Positions 1 through 8,755 of a stretch of DNA of 24,000 nucleotides are shown here, in pieces. Source of the stretch: Gordonia sp. (in: high G+C Gram-positive bacteria) (GTDB taxonomy: Bacteria; Actinomycetota; Actinomycetes; Mycobacteriales; Mycobacteriaceae); contig NZ_JASGII010000001.1 in the NCBI RefSeq assembly GCF_047602025.1, positions 619,201 through 643,200 on the forward strand, given 5' to 3'. The notes under the pieces are model-generated. The model saw only the letters and a program-made list of their open reading frames with translations. It was not told where the DNA came from and did no database searches. Each line of letters begins with the position of its first letter. Positions within the stretch are counted from its first letter, which is position 1. A program made the position numbers and the translations under genes.

Positions 1-763
1 CGCCGCGCACGACTTCACCGCCCCGGCCGTGGCCATCATCAAGCACGCCAACCCGTGCGGCATCGCCGTCGGCGACGACATCGCGCAGGCGCACCGCAAG
101 GCGCACGAGTGCGACCCGGTCAGTGCCTACGGCGGGGTGATCGCCGCCAACCGCGAGGTCAGCGTCGAGATGGCCGAGACGGTGGCGGGGATCTTCACCG
201 AGGTCATCATCGCGCCGTCGTACGCCGACGGCGCCGTCGACGTGCTGGCCGCGAAGAAGAACCTGCGGATCCTCGTCGCCGAGCCGCCGAGCCAGGCGGG
301 CGCCGAAATCCGCCCGGTGTCGGGCGGCATGCTGATGCAGCGGCGCGACGTCCTCGATGCGGAGGGCGACGACCCGAAGAACTGGCGGCTCGTCGCCGGC
401 CCCGAGGCCGACGCGCGCACGCTGGCCGACCTGGAGTTCGCCTGGCGGGCCTGCCGCGCGGTCAAGAGCAACGCGATCCTGCTCGCCACCGACGGCGCCT
501 CCGTCGGCGTCGGCATGGGCCAGGTCAACCGCGTCGACTCGGCGCACCTCGCCGTGCAGCGCGCCGGGGCGCGGGCGGCCGGTTCGGTCGGGGCGTCGGA
601 CGCGTTCTTCCCCTTCGCCGACGGCCTCGAGGTCCTGCTCGACGCCGGTGTCCGGGCCGTCGTGCAGCCGGGCGGATCGATCCGCGACGAAGAGGTCATC
701 GCCGCGGCCGAGAAGGCCGGCGTGAGCCTCTACCTGACCGGGGCGCGCCACTTCGCCCACTGA
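1..763 (+). CDS. purH: Bifunctional AICAR transformylase / IMP cyclohydrolase PurH, C-terminal part (5' end outside window)
   Basis: Frame of ORF 29..763 is open to the window edge. Translation has [40 protein letters not shown] and the C-terminal GARHFAH end typical of PurH. Position matches Rv0957 synteny. Confidence 0.9.
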   Translation, partial: AAHDFTAPAVAIIKHANPCGIAVGDDIAQAHRKAHECDPVSAYGGVIAANREVSVEMAETVAGIFTEVIIAPSYADGAVDVLAAKKNLRILVAEPPSQAGAEIRPVSGGMLMQRRDVLDAEGDDPKNWRLVAGPEADARTLADLEFAWRACRAVKSNAILLATDGASVGVGMGQVNRVDSAHLAVQRAGARAAGSVGASDAFFPFADGLEVLLDAGVRAVVQPGGSIRDEEVIAAAEKAGVSLYLTGARHFAH

Positions 764-792
764 GCACCTTGGCTCGCGGGTAGCGTGGAACC

Positions 793-2208
793 GTGGCATC
801 CAAGACTGCGAAACCCGCGAAGAAGCCGACCGCGACGACCGTCGGGGAGCTGCGCAAGACCGACCACGTCCAGCGCACCATCCGCGATGAGATCCGCAAC
901 AACCTCCTGACCGCGCTGCGGGCCGGTGACGACGCCTGGCCGGGGATCGTCGGCCTGGAGTCGACGGTCATCCCGCAGCTCGAACGGTCGCTGCTCGCCG
1001 GGCACGACATCGTGCTGCTTGGCGAGCGCGGCCAGGGCAAGACCCGCATCCTGCGGACCATCGCCGGACTGCTCGACGAGTGGACGCCGGTCATCGCCGG
1101 GTCCGAGCTGGGCGAGCACCCGTACGAGCCGATCACCCCGGCGTCGCAGCGCCGTGCCGCAGAACTCGGCGACGACCTGCCGATCGAATGGCGCCACCGC
1201 AGTGAGCGCTACAGCGAGAAGCTGGCTACGCCGGACACGTCCGTGGCCGACCTCGTCGGCGACATCGACCCGATGAAGGTCGCCGAGGGCCGCAGCCTCG
1301 GCGATCCGGAGACCATCCACTTCGGCCTCATCCCGCGCGCCCACCGCGGCATCGTGGCGATCAACGAGCTGCCCGACCTCGCCGAGCGCATCCAGGTCGC
1401 CATGCTCAACGTGATGGAGGAGCGCGACATCCAGGTGCGCGGCTACTCGCTGCGACTGCCGCTGGACGTGCTCGTGCTGGCCAGCGCCAACCCGGAGGAC
1501 TACACCAACCGCGGGCGGATCATCACCCCGCTCAAGGACCGCTTCGGCGCCGAGATCCGCACCCACTACCCGCTGGAGCTGGCCGACGAGGTCGGCGTCA
1601 TCGAGCAGGAGGCCGATCTGCTGGCCACCGTGCCCGACTACCTGCTGGAGATCCTCGCGCGCTTCACCCGCTACACCCGTGAGAACCCCGCCATCGACCA
1701 GCGCTCGGGCGTCTCGGCGCGCTTCGCCATCGCCGGCGCCGAGACGGTGGCCGCCGCGGCCCTGCACCGCAGCGCGGTCCTGGGGGAGGAGGCGCCGGTC
1801 GCCCGCGTCGTCGACCTCGAGTCGGTCATCGAGGTGCTGCGCGGCAAGATCGAATTCGAGTCGGGCGAGGAGGGGCGCGAGCTGGAGATCCTGAACCACC
1901 TGCTGCGCAAGTCGGTCGCCGACACCGTCCGCCAGCACCTCGGCGGCATCGACCTCGCGCCGATCGTCGCAGCGCTGGAGGACGGGCACCCCGTCGTCAC
2001 CGGCGACCGCGTTTCCGCGGCCGATCTGCTCGGCTCGCTGCCCGCCGACGAACCGGTCGGCAAGACCGTCGAGGCCATCGCGAAGCGATTCGATGCCGGC
2101 AGCGACGGGGAGAAGGCCGCCGCCGTCGAGCTGGCCCTGGAAGGCCTCTTCCTGGCCCGCAAAATCGGCAAGGAGGCCGACGACGACGGTCAGACCGTCT
2201 ACGGGTAG
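793..2208 (+). CDS. AAA+ ATPase of the ChlI/MoxR (Mg-chelatase-like) type, Rv0958-like
   Basis: GTG start from the ORF track. Walker A GERGQGKT, Walker B-like IVAINELPDL followed by QVAMLNVMEERDIQVRG. It sits directly upstream of a vWA gene, the classic ATPase+vWA pair. The exact start is not verified. Confidence 0.85.
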   Translation: MASKTAKPAKKPTATTVGELRKTDHVQRTIRDEIRNNLLTALRAGDDAWPGIVGLESTVIPQLERSLLAGHDIVLLGERGQGKTRILRTIAGLLDEWTPVIAGSELGEHPYEPITPASQRRAAELGDDLPIEWRHRSERYSEKLATPDTSVADLVGDIDPMKVAEGRSLGDPETIHFGLIPRAHRGIVAINELPDLAERIQVAMLNVMEERDIQVRGYSLRLPLDVLVLASANPEDYTNRGRIITPLKDRFGAEIRTHYPLELADEVGVIEQEADLLATVPDYLLEILARFTRYTRENPAIDQRSGVSARFAIAGAETVAAAALHRSAVLGEEAPVARVVDLESVIEVLRGKIEFESGEEGRELEILNHLLRKSVADTVRQHLGGIDLAPIVAALEDGHPVVTGDRVSAADLLGSLPADEPVGKTVEAIAKRFDAGSDGEKAAAVELALEGLFLARKIGKEADDDGQTVYG

Positions 2209-2212
2209 CCCC

Positions 2213-4186
2213 ATGGTCGAGCGCAGCAGCAGGTTCCACCGGTCCCGGTACGAGAAGTACCGGGGCGGTCCCGATCCGCTCGCACCGCCGCTGGACCTGC
2301 GCGAGGCGCTCGACGAGATCGGCGCCGACGTCATGGCCGGCACCTCCCCGCAGCGGGCGCTGCGCGAGCTGCTGCGCCGCGGCACCGACGGGATGCGCGG
2401 CCTCGACGAGCTGCGCGAGCAGATCAGCCGCCGCCGCAACGAGTTGCTCAAGAAGCGGAACCTGGACGGCACCTTCGCCGAGATCCGCGAGCTCCTCGAC
2501 CGGGCCGTGCTGGAGGAGCGCAAACAGCTCGCCCGCGACCTCGACGACGACGCCCGGTTCGCCGAGATGCAGATCGGCAACCTGCCCCCGTCGACGGCGG
2601 CCGCGGTGAACGAGCTCGCCGAATACGACTGGCGCAGCCCGTCGGCGCGCGCGGACTACGAGAAGATCCGGGACCTCCTCGGCCGCGAGCTCCTCGAACA
2701 GCGCTTCGCCGGGATGAAGGAGGCGCTGGAGGGCGCCGACGAGTCCGACCGCCAGGCGATCACCGACATGCTCGCCGACCTGAACGACCTGCTGGCCAAG
2801 CACAACCGCGGCGAGGACACGACCGAGGCCTTCGACGAGTTCATGGCCAAGCACGGCCAGTTCTTCCCGGAGAACCCGGCTGATACCGCCGAACTGGTGG
2901 AGTCGCTGGCCAAGCGCAGCGCCGCCGCCCAGCAGTTCTACAACTCGCTCTCGCCCGAGCAGCGCGCCGAACTCGACCAGCTCTCCCAGCAGGCCTTCGG
3001 TTCGCCCGAGCTGATGGCCGCGCTGGCCGGCGTCGACGCCCAGCTCCAAATGGCCCGGCCCGACCTGGACTGGGACGGCTCGCAGGGCTTCTCCGGCGAT
3101 CAGCCGATGGGCTTCGGCGAGGCGGCGGCCGCGATGGCCGACCTGGCCGAGCTGGACCAGCTGGGTGAGGCGATGAGTCAGCAGTACGCCGGCGCCGACC
3201 TCGCCGACATCGACCTCGAGGCGTTGGCCCGCCAGCTCGGCCCGCAGGCCGCCGTCGACGCGCGGACGCTGCAGCGGCTCGAACAGGCGTTGCGCGACCA
3301 GGGCTTCTTCGAGCGCGGCGTCGACGGCGAGCTGCGGTTGAGCCCGAAGGCGATGCGGCAGCTCGGCCAGTCGGTGCTCGCCGACATCGCCGACCGCCTC
3401 ACCGGGCGCGGGGAGCGGGCGACACGGCAGAGCGGCCGCCTCGGGGAGCCGACCGGGGCGACTCGGGAGTGGGCCTTTGGCGACACCGAGCCGTGGGATG
3501 TCTCGCGCACCATCACCAACGCCGTCATGCGGGAGGCGAGCGCCGGGGAGTTCCGGGCGGGCCGCCCGGTGCGGCTGGACATCTCCGACGTGGAGATCAC
3601 CGAGACCGAGGCGCGCAGCCAGGCCGCGGTCGTCCTGCTGGTCGACACCTCCTTCTCGATGGAGATGGAGGGCCGGTGGACGCCGATGAAGCGGACCGCG
3701 ATCGCGCTCAACCACCTGATCTCCACCCGCTTCCGCACCGACGAACTGGAGATCATCGCGTTCGGGCGGGAGGCGCGCACCATCGACGTCGGCGAGCTGG
3801 CCGGGCTGTCGCCGCGGATGGAGCAGGGCACCAACCTGCACCACGCGCTGCTCTTGGCGCAGCGGCACCTGCGCCGCCACCCGAATGCGACGCCGGTGGT
3901 GCTGATCGTCACCGACGGCGAGCCGACCGCGCACCTGGATCCGTCGGGCCACCCGTTCTTCTTCTACCCGCCGCACCCGGAGACCATCGGGTTGACGGTC
4001 GCCGAGCTCGACCACGTCGCGCGGATGGGCGCGCAGGTCACCATCTTCCGGCTCGGCGAGGATCCCGGGTTGGCGATGTTCATCGACAACGTCGCCCGGC
4101 GGATCGGTGGCCGGGTCGTCGCGCCCGACGTCGACGGTCTGGGCGCCGCGGTCGTCGGGGACTACCTGCGCGGGCGGCGCGGCTGA
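2213..4186 (+). CDS. von Willebrand factor A (vWA) domain protein, partner of the upstream AAA+ ATPase (Rv0959-like)
   Basis: ATG at 2213 lies 5 nt after the upstream stop; the track start at 2093 would overlap the ATPase by 116 nt. C-terminal MIDAS-like VLLVDTSFSM and VLIVTDGEPT motifs. Confidence 0.85.
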   Translation: MVERSSRFHRSRYEKYRGGPDPLAPPLDLREALDEIGADVMAGTSPQRALRELLRRGTDGMRGLDELREQISRRRNELLKKRNLDGTFAEIRELLDRAVLEERKQLARDLDDDARFAEMQIGNLPPSTAAAVNELAEYDWRSPSARADYEKIRDLLGRELLEQRFAGMKEALEGADESDRQAITDMLADLNDLLAKHNRGEDTTEAFDEFMAKHGQFFPENPADTAELVESLAKRSAAAQQFYNSLSPEQRAELDQLSQQAFGSPELMAALAGVDAQLQMARPDLDWDGSQGFSGDQPMGFGEAAAAMADLAELDQLGEAMSQQYAGADLADIDLEALARQLGPQAAVDARTLQRLEQALRDQGFFERGVDGELRLSPKAMRQLGQSVLADIADRLTGRGERATRQSGRLGEPTGATREWAFGDTEPWDVSRTITNAVMREASAGEFRAGRPVRLDISDVEITETEARSQAAVVLLVDTSFSMEMEGRWTPMKRTAIALNHLISTRFRTDELEIIAFGREARTIDVGELAGLSPRMEQGTNLHHALLLAQRHLRRHPNATPVVLIVTDGEPTAHLDPSGHPFFFYPPHPETIGLTVAELDHVARMGAQVTIFRLGEDPGLAMFIDNVARRIGGRVVAPDVDGLGAAVVGDYLRGRRG

Positions 4187-4208
4187 ACCCGAGCCGTCGT
4201 TTGCCGGG

Positions 4209-5150
4209 TCAGCCGAGCAACACGGCGATGAGCGCGATCACCGGGATCGACAGCAACGTCGTGACCAGGGCCGAATCGCGGGCGAGCGGCTGTCCGCGGC
4301 CGTAGCGGATCGCGTAGACCAGCACGTTCTGGGCGGTGGGCAGCGCCGCGATGACGACCTGGGCGAACAGGTGGTGTCCGGACATGCCGAAGCCCCACCG
4401 GGCGATCGCATAGGCGAGCAGCGGCATGGCGGCCATCTTCAGCACCGCGGCCAGCGCCACCTCGCGGCGCGACTGGCGGTCCTGCCCGTCGCCGGAGCTG
4501 GCCGCCCGCGCCGCGAGGGAGAGCCCGAAGACGAGCAGCGCGAGGGGGACCGACGCCTCGCCCAACATTCGGAACGGGTCGAGCACCGCCTGCGGCGGGT
4601 GCCAGCCGAAGCCGGACACGATCAGGCCGGCGACCCCGCCGATCAGGATCGGGTTGGACAGCGGGGTGACGATCGCATCGCGCCAGACCCGGCCGTCGCC
4701 GCGCGGCAGCGTGGTCAGGTCGAGGGCGACCAGGGCGATCGGGGAGTACAGCAGGATCTGGAACAGCAGCAGCGGCGCGATGAACGAGCGGTCGTCGAGG
4801 ACGTAGATCGCGATCGGCACGCCGAGGTTGACGCTGTTGACGTACGACGAGGACAGCGCCCCGATCACGAGGTCGGCGGTGGGGCGGCGCAGCCAGAGGC
4901 GCGCGATGAGCGCGTACACCAGGCCGATCGTCAACGCGGTGCCGCCGGCGACGACCAGCGTCGACGAGAAGACGTCGCGCAGGTTGGCGGTGACCAGCGA
5001 GTGGAAGAGCAGCGCCGGGGTGCACACGAAGAATACGAGCCGGGACAGCACGTCGGTGGCCGTCGGACCGAGGGTTCCGGCGCGGCCGAGGACGAAGCCC
5101 GCCCCGACCACGAGGAAGATGACGGTGAATCCCGAGATGACGCCGGACAC
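4209..5150 (-). CDS. AEC (auxin efflux carrier) family permease
   Basis: About 10 predicted hydrophobic segments. The N-terminus VSGVISGFTVIFLVVGAGFVLGR resembles AEC family starts. I chose GTG at 5150 (313 aa) because the track start at 5285 would overlap the divergent gene at 5218. No clear SD, so the transcript may be leaderless or short-leadered. Confidence 0.7.
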   Translation of the reverse strand: MSGVISGFTVIFLVVGAGFVLGRAGTLGPTATDVLSRLVFFVCTPALLFHSLVTANLRDVFSSTLVVAGGTALTIGLVYALIARLWLRRPTADLVIGALSSSYVNSVNLGVPIAIYVLDDRSFIAPLLLFQILLYSPIALVALDLTTLPRGDGRVWRDAIVTPLSNPILIGGVAGLIVSGFGWHPPQAVLDPFRMLGEASVPLALLVFGLSLAARAASSGDGQDRQSRREVALAAVLKMAAMPLLAYAIARWGFGMSGHHLFAQVVIAALPTAQNVLVYAIRYGRGQPLARDSALVTTLLSIPVIALIAVLLG

Positions 5151-5217
5151 CGCAGGAAGCCTAGAATAAAGCCGACGACGCCTCCACCCGAGCCGGACTG
5201 AATCGAGAACAAACGCG

Positions 5218-5706
5218 ATGACCAACCCCAACGACCCGGCCGGTCGCGAAGAGTCGGCGGACCAGGACGAGTGGACGGCGGTCAACCTGCCCGACGATCA
5301 GCCGCAGCAACCCGCCTATCCGCCGCCCCCGCAGCCGCCCGTCGCACCGGTGCCGCCGGGCTATGACGCCGCGGGCGGTTACCCGCCCCCGGCCCCGGGC
5401 TACCCGACCTCCGGTTACCCAGCCGCGCCGACGCCCGATCCCTACGCCGCGGCCTACGGCTATCCGGCGTACCCCGCCGGGCCGGCCAAGACCAACGGCA
5501 TGGCCATCGGCTCGCTGGTGACCGGTCTGCTCGGCCTCGGCTGCTGCTTCCCGGCCCCGATCGCCATTCTCCTGGGCATCCTCGCGCTGCAGCAGGCCGG
5601 CCAGGACCCGGCGCCCAACTCGGCGGACAAGCCGATGGCCTGGGTCGGGATCGGCCTCGGCGCCTTTGCGATCTTGTTCTTCTTCGTCGTCATCGGGCTG
5701 CGATAG
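5218..5706 (+). CDS. Pro/Gly/Tyr-rich N-terminus plus DUF4190-like two-helix membrane protein
   Basis: ATG 5218. N-terminal PPPQPPVAPVPPGYDAAGGYPPPAPGYPTSGYP. C-terminal GMAIGSLVTGLLGLGCCFPAPIAILLGILALQQAG resembles the DUF4190 signature. High GC3 in this frame. Confidence 0.7.
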   Translation: MTNPNDPAGREESADQDEWTAVNLPDDQPQQPAYPPPPQPPVAPVPPGYDAAGGYPPPAPGYPTSGYPAAPTPDPYAAAYGYPAYPAGPAKTNGMAIGSLVTGLLGLGCCFPAPIAILLGILALQQAGQDPAPNSADKPMAWVGIGLGAFAILFFFVVIGLR

Positions 5707-5711
5707 TCGTT

Positions 5712-5740
5712 TTGGCCCAGGGCGCGCGCGGATGTATCCT
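5712..5740 (+). promoter_or_regulatory. Candidate sigma-A type promoter upstream of rpmF (TTGGCC-17 nt-TATCCT)
   Basis: TTGGCC at 5712-5717 and TATCCT at 5735-5740, separated by a 17-nt spacer, about 80 nt upstream of the rpmF ATG. Hexamer match only. Confidence 0.3.
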
Positions 5741-5822
5741 GGTCGGGTTGCGCGCCCACCCGTGGCACCGCCCGGGGATGCCGGCGCAATCGCACAGACT
5801 TGAGTGAAAGAGGGGCAGAACC

Positions 5823-5996
5823 ATGGCCGTACCGAAGCGCCGCATGTCGCGGTCCAACACCCACAGCCGCCGTTCGCAGTGGAAGGCCGACAACCCGCAG
5901 CTGCAGGAGGTCAAGGTCAACGGCGTGCCGCAGCGCCTGCCGCGCCGTCTCGTGAAGGCCGCCGAGCTCGGCCTGATCGACATCGACCGCCGCTAG
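5823..5996 (+). CDS. rpmF: 50S ribosomal protein L32 (Cys-free form)
   Basis: Missing from the ORF track (57 aa). Hand translation gives [57 protein letters not shown]. The MAVPKRRxSxSxxxxRR start is the L32 hallmark. SD AAGAGGGG lies upstream. Matches the Rv0979A position. Confidence 0.9.
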   Translation: MAVPKRRMSRSNTHSRRSQWKADNPQLQEVKVNGVPQRLPRRLVKAAELGLIDIDRR

Positions 5997-6014
5997 TCCG
6001 CGACGCAGAACCCA

Positions 6015-6054
6015 ACACGGGGGCGCCCACACATCGGTGTGGGCGCCCCCGTGT
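6015..6054. terminator. Bidirectional stem-loop terminator between convergent rpmF and the SDR gene
   Basis: Perfect 18-bp arms, ACACGGGGGCGCCCACAC (6015-6032) and GTGTGGGCGCCCCCGTGT (6037-6054), with a 4-nt loop. It sits between stops at 5996 (+) and 6073 (-). Confidence 0.65.
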
Positions 6055-6072
6055 TCTGCGCTGTGACGGGCG

Positions 6073-6849
6073 TCAGTTCTTCTGCGCGATGACCTTGTTC
6101 ACCAGGCGGACGACGAAGTTCGGCCCGATCTTGCTGGCGTTGTTCAGCAGCGTCGTCTGGGTGCCGACCGAGTAGTGCGTGCGGTGGATGGCCTTGTCGG
6201 CGACCTTCGGGTGCACCGACGTCCAGACCCGTTCGGCAACCTGCTCGGGGGTGATCCGGATGCCCAACTTCTGGGCCGACTTCGTGTCGGCGTCGGCGAG
6301 GGCGGTCTTGGCCCACAGCGGCCAGATGGCGACGACGCGGATGTCGTCCTTCTGCCACTCGAGCTCCAGCGCCTCGGTGAGGCCGACGACGTAGAACTTG
6401 GCGGCCGAGTAGGTCGCGATGTCGGGCTGGCCGTAGATGGCCGACGCCGACGCGATGTTCACCAGGTGTGACCCCGGCGTCGCCTTCAGGTAGGGGTAGG
6501 CGGCCTGTGCGCCGAGCGTGACGCCGAGGACGTCGATGTCGATCTGCGCCTGCACCGCCTCGGGCGAGATTGCGTCGAGACGACCGCCGACGAGGATGCC
6601 CGCGTTGTTGTCGAGCACGTCGAGCTGACCGCCGGTGTGGGCGGTGAAGTCGGCCAGCGCCTTCTCCCACTGTGCCGCCTTGCGCACGTCGAGCTTGCCG
6701 GTGATGAACTCCGGGTGCTCCTTCTTGACCGCCTTGAGGGCGTCGGCGTCGACGTCGTAGACACCGACGGTCCAGCCTGCGGCGCCGAAGCGCTTCGCGG
6801 TGGCCAGGCCGATGCCGGCGGCGCCGCCGGAGATGAAGATGGAGGGCAT
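6073..6849 (-). CDS. Short-chain dehydrogenase/reductase (SDR)
   Basis: ISGGAAGIGLATA (TGxxxGxG), NNAG, and YSAAK (YxxxK). 258 aa. AGGA-type SD upstream of ATG 6849. Confidence 0.9.
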   Translation of the reverse strand: MPSIFISGGAAGIGLATAKRFGAAGWTVGVYDVDADALKAVKKEHPEFITGKLDVRKAAQWEKALADFTAHTGGQLDVLDNNAGILVGGRLDAISPEAVQAQIDIDVLGVTLGAQAAYPYLKATPGSHLVNIASASAIYGQPDIATYSAAKFYVVGLTEALELEWQKDDIRVVAIWPLWAKTALADADTKSAQKLGIRITPEQVAERVWTSVHPKVADKAIHRTHYSVGTQTTLLNNASKIGPNFVVRLVNKVIAQKN

Positions 6850-7026
6850 GCGTCCTGCCTTCGGGTAGTACGGGATGAGAATCGGTCATCTGAGGTTGTC
6901 ATAGTTACCGACCGGTAGCCAAGCATCGGGTCACGATTGGGCGTCATTACCCGGTCATTACCTGCGCCCGGCGGGCGCCATTGGTAACTTCTGCCTGTTC
7001 ACCAACCACGATTTTCGGGAGCCGAA

Positions 7027-7848
7027 ATGACTCAGCCGCCCATCGATCCGGGCCAGCAACCGCCGCACGTTCCGGGCCAGCAGCCCGGCGCCTACCCGCC
7101 GCCCCCGCCCCCCGGGGGCTACGCCCCGGTTCCCGGCGCACACCCGTTCAGCGTCGGCGACGGCTTCAGCTGGGCCTTCAACAAGTTCGGCAAGAACTGG
7201 GTGCCGCTGGTCCTGGCGACCCTGGTGATGTTCATCATCATGGGCATCATCAACGGCGTCTTCAGCGGCATCGCGGGCGCCCTGGCCGACACCAGCAGCA
7301 GCGTGGTGGACACCGACGACGGCTTCAGCGCCGTCTTCTCGACCTCGGGCTTCACCGCGGGCAGCTGGATCATGACGATCCTCGGCATGATCGTGTCGCT
7401 GATCGTCGGCGGCTACGTCGCCGCGGCCTACTGGAACGGCATCCTGAAGATCGCCGACGGCCAGCAGGTCACCTTCGGCTCCTTCTTCCAGCCGCGCAAC
7501 GTCGGCCAGGTCATCATCGCCTCGGTGCTGTCCGGCCTGATCATGATGATCGGTTTCGCGGCGTGCTTCCTGCCCGGCCTGGTCGCCGCGATCTTCCTGT
7601 ACTTCACGACCATCGCGGTGGTGGACCACAACCTGAAGGGTCCGGACGGGCTGTCGGCCAGCTTCAACGTCGTCAAGGCCAACTTCGGCCCGGCGTTGCT
7701 GACCGCCCTGCTCGCCTGGGTGACCGTTGCCGTCGGCCTGCTGCTCTGCGGTGTCGGTGCGCTGGCCGGTGCCCCGATTGCGGCGCTGCTCGTGGCTTAC
7801 GCCTGGCGGCACCTCACCGGCGGCTACGTCGCGCCGCAGACGCAGTAG
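7027..7848 (+). CDS. Polytopic membrane protein with Pro-rich N-terminus, paralog 1 of 3
   Basis: SD GGGAG then ATG 7027. Starts MTQPP. Shares motifs with the next two genes: FSxGxxFSWAxxKF and YxxGxLxIAxGQxxTFGSFFxPRN. About 6 hydrophobic segments. Confidence 0.8.
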   Translation: MTQPPIDPGQQPPHVPGQQPGAYPPPPPPGGYAPVPGAHPFSVGDGFSWAFNKFGKNWVPLVLATLVMFIIMGIINGVFSGIAGALADTSSSVVDTDDGFSAVFSTSGFTAGSWIMTILGMIVSLIVGGYVAAAYWNGILKIADGQQVTFGSFFQPRNVGQVIIASVLSGLIMMIGFAACFLPGLVAAIFLYFTTIAVVDHNLKGPDGLSASFNVVKANFGPALLTALLAWVTVAVGLLLCGVGALAGAPIAALLVAYAWRHLTGGYVAPQTQ

Positions 7849-7864
7849 CCTTCGCCAGACCCAC

Positions 7865-7905
7865 TTCGGGCCCCCGCCAGATTCGGCGGGGGCCCGAATT
7901 CTGTT
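7865..7905 (+). terminator. Rho-independent terminator after paralog 1
   Basis: TTCGGGCCCCCGCC (7865-7878), 6-nt loop, GGCGGGGGCCCGAA (7885-7898), then TTCTGTT. Confidence 0.7.
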
Positions 7906-7958
7906 CGTACGGATAGGGTTGGTGGGCGAACCCCCCCGATCAAACAGAGGAAGCACCG

Positions 7959-8747
7959 ATGACCCAGCCGACCGGCGACGCCTACCCGGCCCACGTTGGC
8001 GCGAGTGAGCCCCAGCAGACCGCCTACCCGGTCCACCCGGATCCCAATGCGACGCCGTACAGCATCGGCGGGGCCTTCAGCTGGGCCCTGTCGAAGTTCT
8101 CGGCGAACGCGGTCGGCCTCGTCGGGGGAGCCGCGGTCCACACCCTGCTCCTGGCGCTCGGCCCGGCCATTGCGGCCGGTGGCGCCTTTCTGTTTGCCGA
8201 CAGCTTCTCCATCGAATCCGGCGGGGGCGGCACCTATGAGGAGTTCACCGACTGGTCGCTGACCCCGGGCAGCTACGTCGCCATCGCCTTCGGCCTGCTG
8301 GTGACACTGCTGCTGACCGCCTACTCGCTCAGCGCCTACATCGGCGGCGTCGTCGACATCGCCAACGGGCAGCTGACGACCTTCGGATCCTTCTTCCGGC
8401 CGCGGAACTACGCGAAGGTGCTCGGCACCGTCGTGCTGCTGTCCCTGGCGTTGGCCCTCGGCTCGCTCGTCTTCCTCGTCGGCGCGGTCGTCGTGGTCTT
8501 CCTGTTCTGGTTCGCCATCCCGATCGTCGTCGACCGCGGCGTCGGCCCGTGGACCGCGCTCAAGCAGAGCGCATCGCTGGTGCGCGCCAACTTCGGCGAG
8601 TCGCTGGTGACGGCCCTGCTGGTCGGCATGGTGTGGGTCGTCGGCAACAGCGCCTGCGGCGTTTTCGTCATCGTCACCGCCCCGATCGCCACCCTGATCG
8701 CCGTCTTCGCCCTCCGCCGCTTCGCCGGCGACACGATCGCACCCTAG
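7959..8747 (+). CDS. Polytopic membrane protein with Pro-rich N-terminus, paralog 2 of 3
   Basis: SD GAGGAAG then ATG 7959. Starts MTQPT. Carries YSIGGAFSWALSKF and IANGQLTTFGSFFRPRN, the same layout as 7027..7848. Confidence 0.8.
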   Translation: MTQPTGDAYPAHVGASEPQQTAYPVHPDPNATPYSIGGAFSWALSKFSANAVGLVGGAAVHTLLLALGPAIAAGGAFLFADSFSIESGGGGTYEEFTDWSLTPGSYVAIAFGLLVTLLLTAYSLSAYIGGVVDIANGQLTTFGSFFRPRNYAKVLGTVVLLSLALALGSLVFLVGAVVVVFLFWFAIPIVVDRGVGPWTALKQSASLVRANFGESLVTALLVGMVWVVGNSACGVFVIVTAPIATLIAVFALRRFAGDTIAP

Positions 8748-8755
8748 GAGCCCGC

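Noticed and set aside
2093-2212. 5' extensions of track ORFs at 2093 (vWA), 5285 (AEC), 8549 (paralog 3), 11758 (pepD), 20090 (mscL), 21858 (galU), 22047 (cyclo-ligase) and 20183 (zinc-ribbon gene)
   Set aside because: Each extension overlaps the neighbouring gene or encodes Arg/Pro-rich non-conserved sequence. A downstream start with an SD and/or a family-typical N-terminus exists, and those internal starts are used in the feature list.
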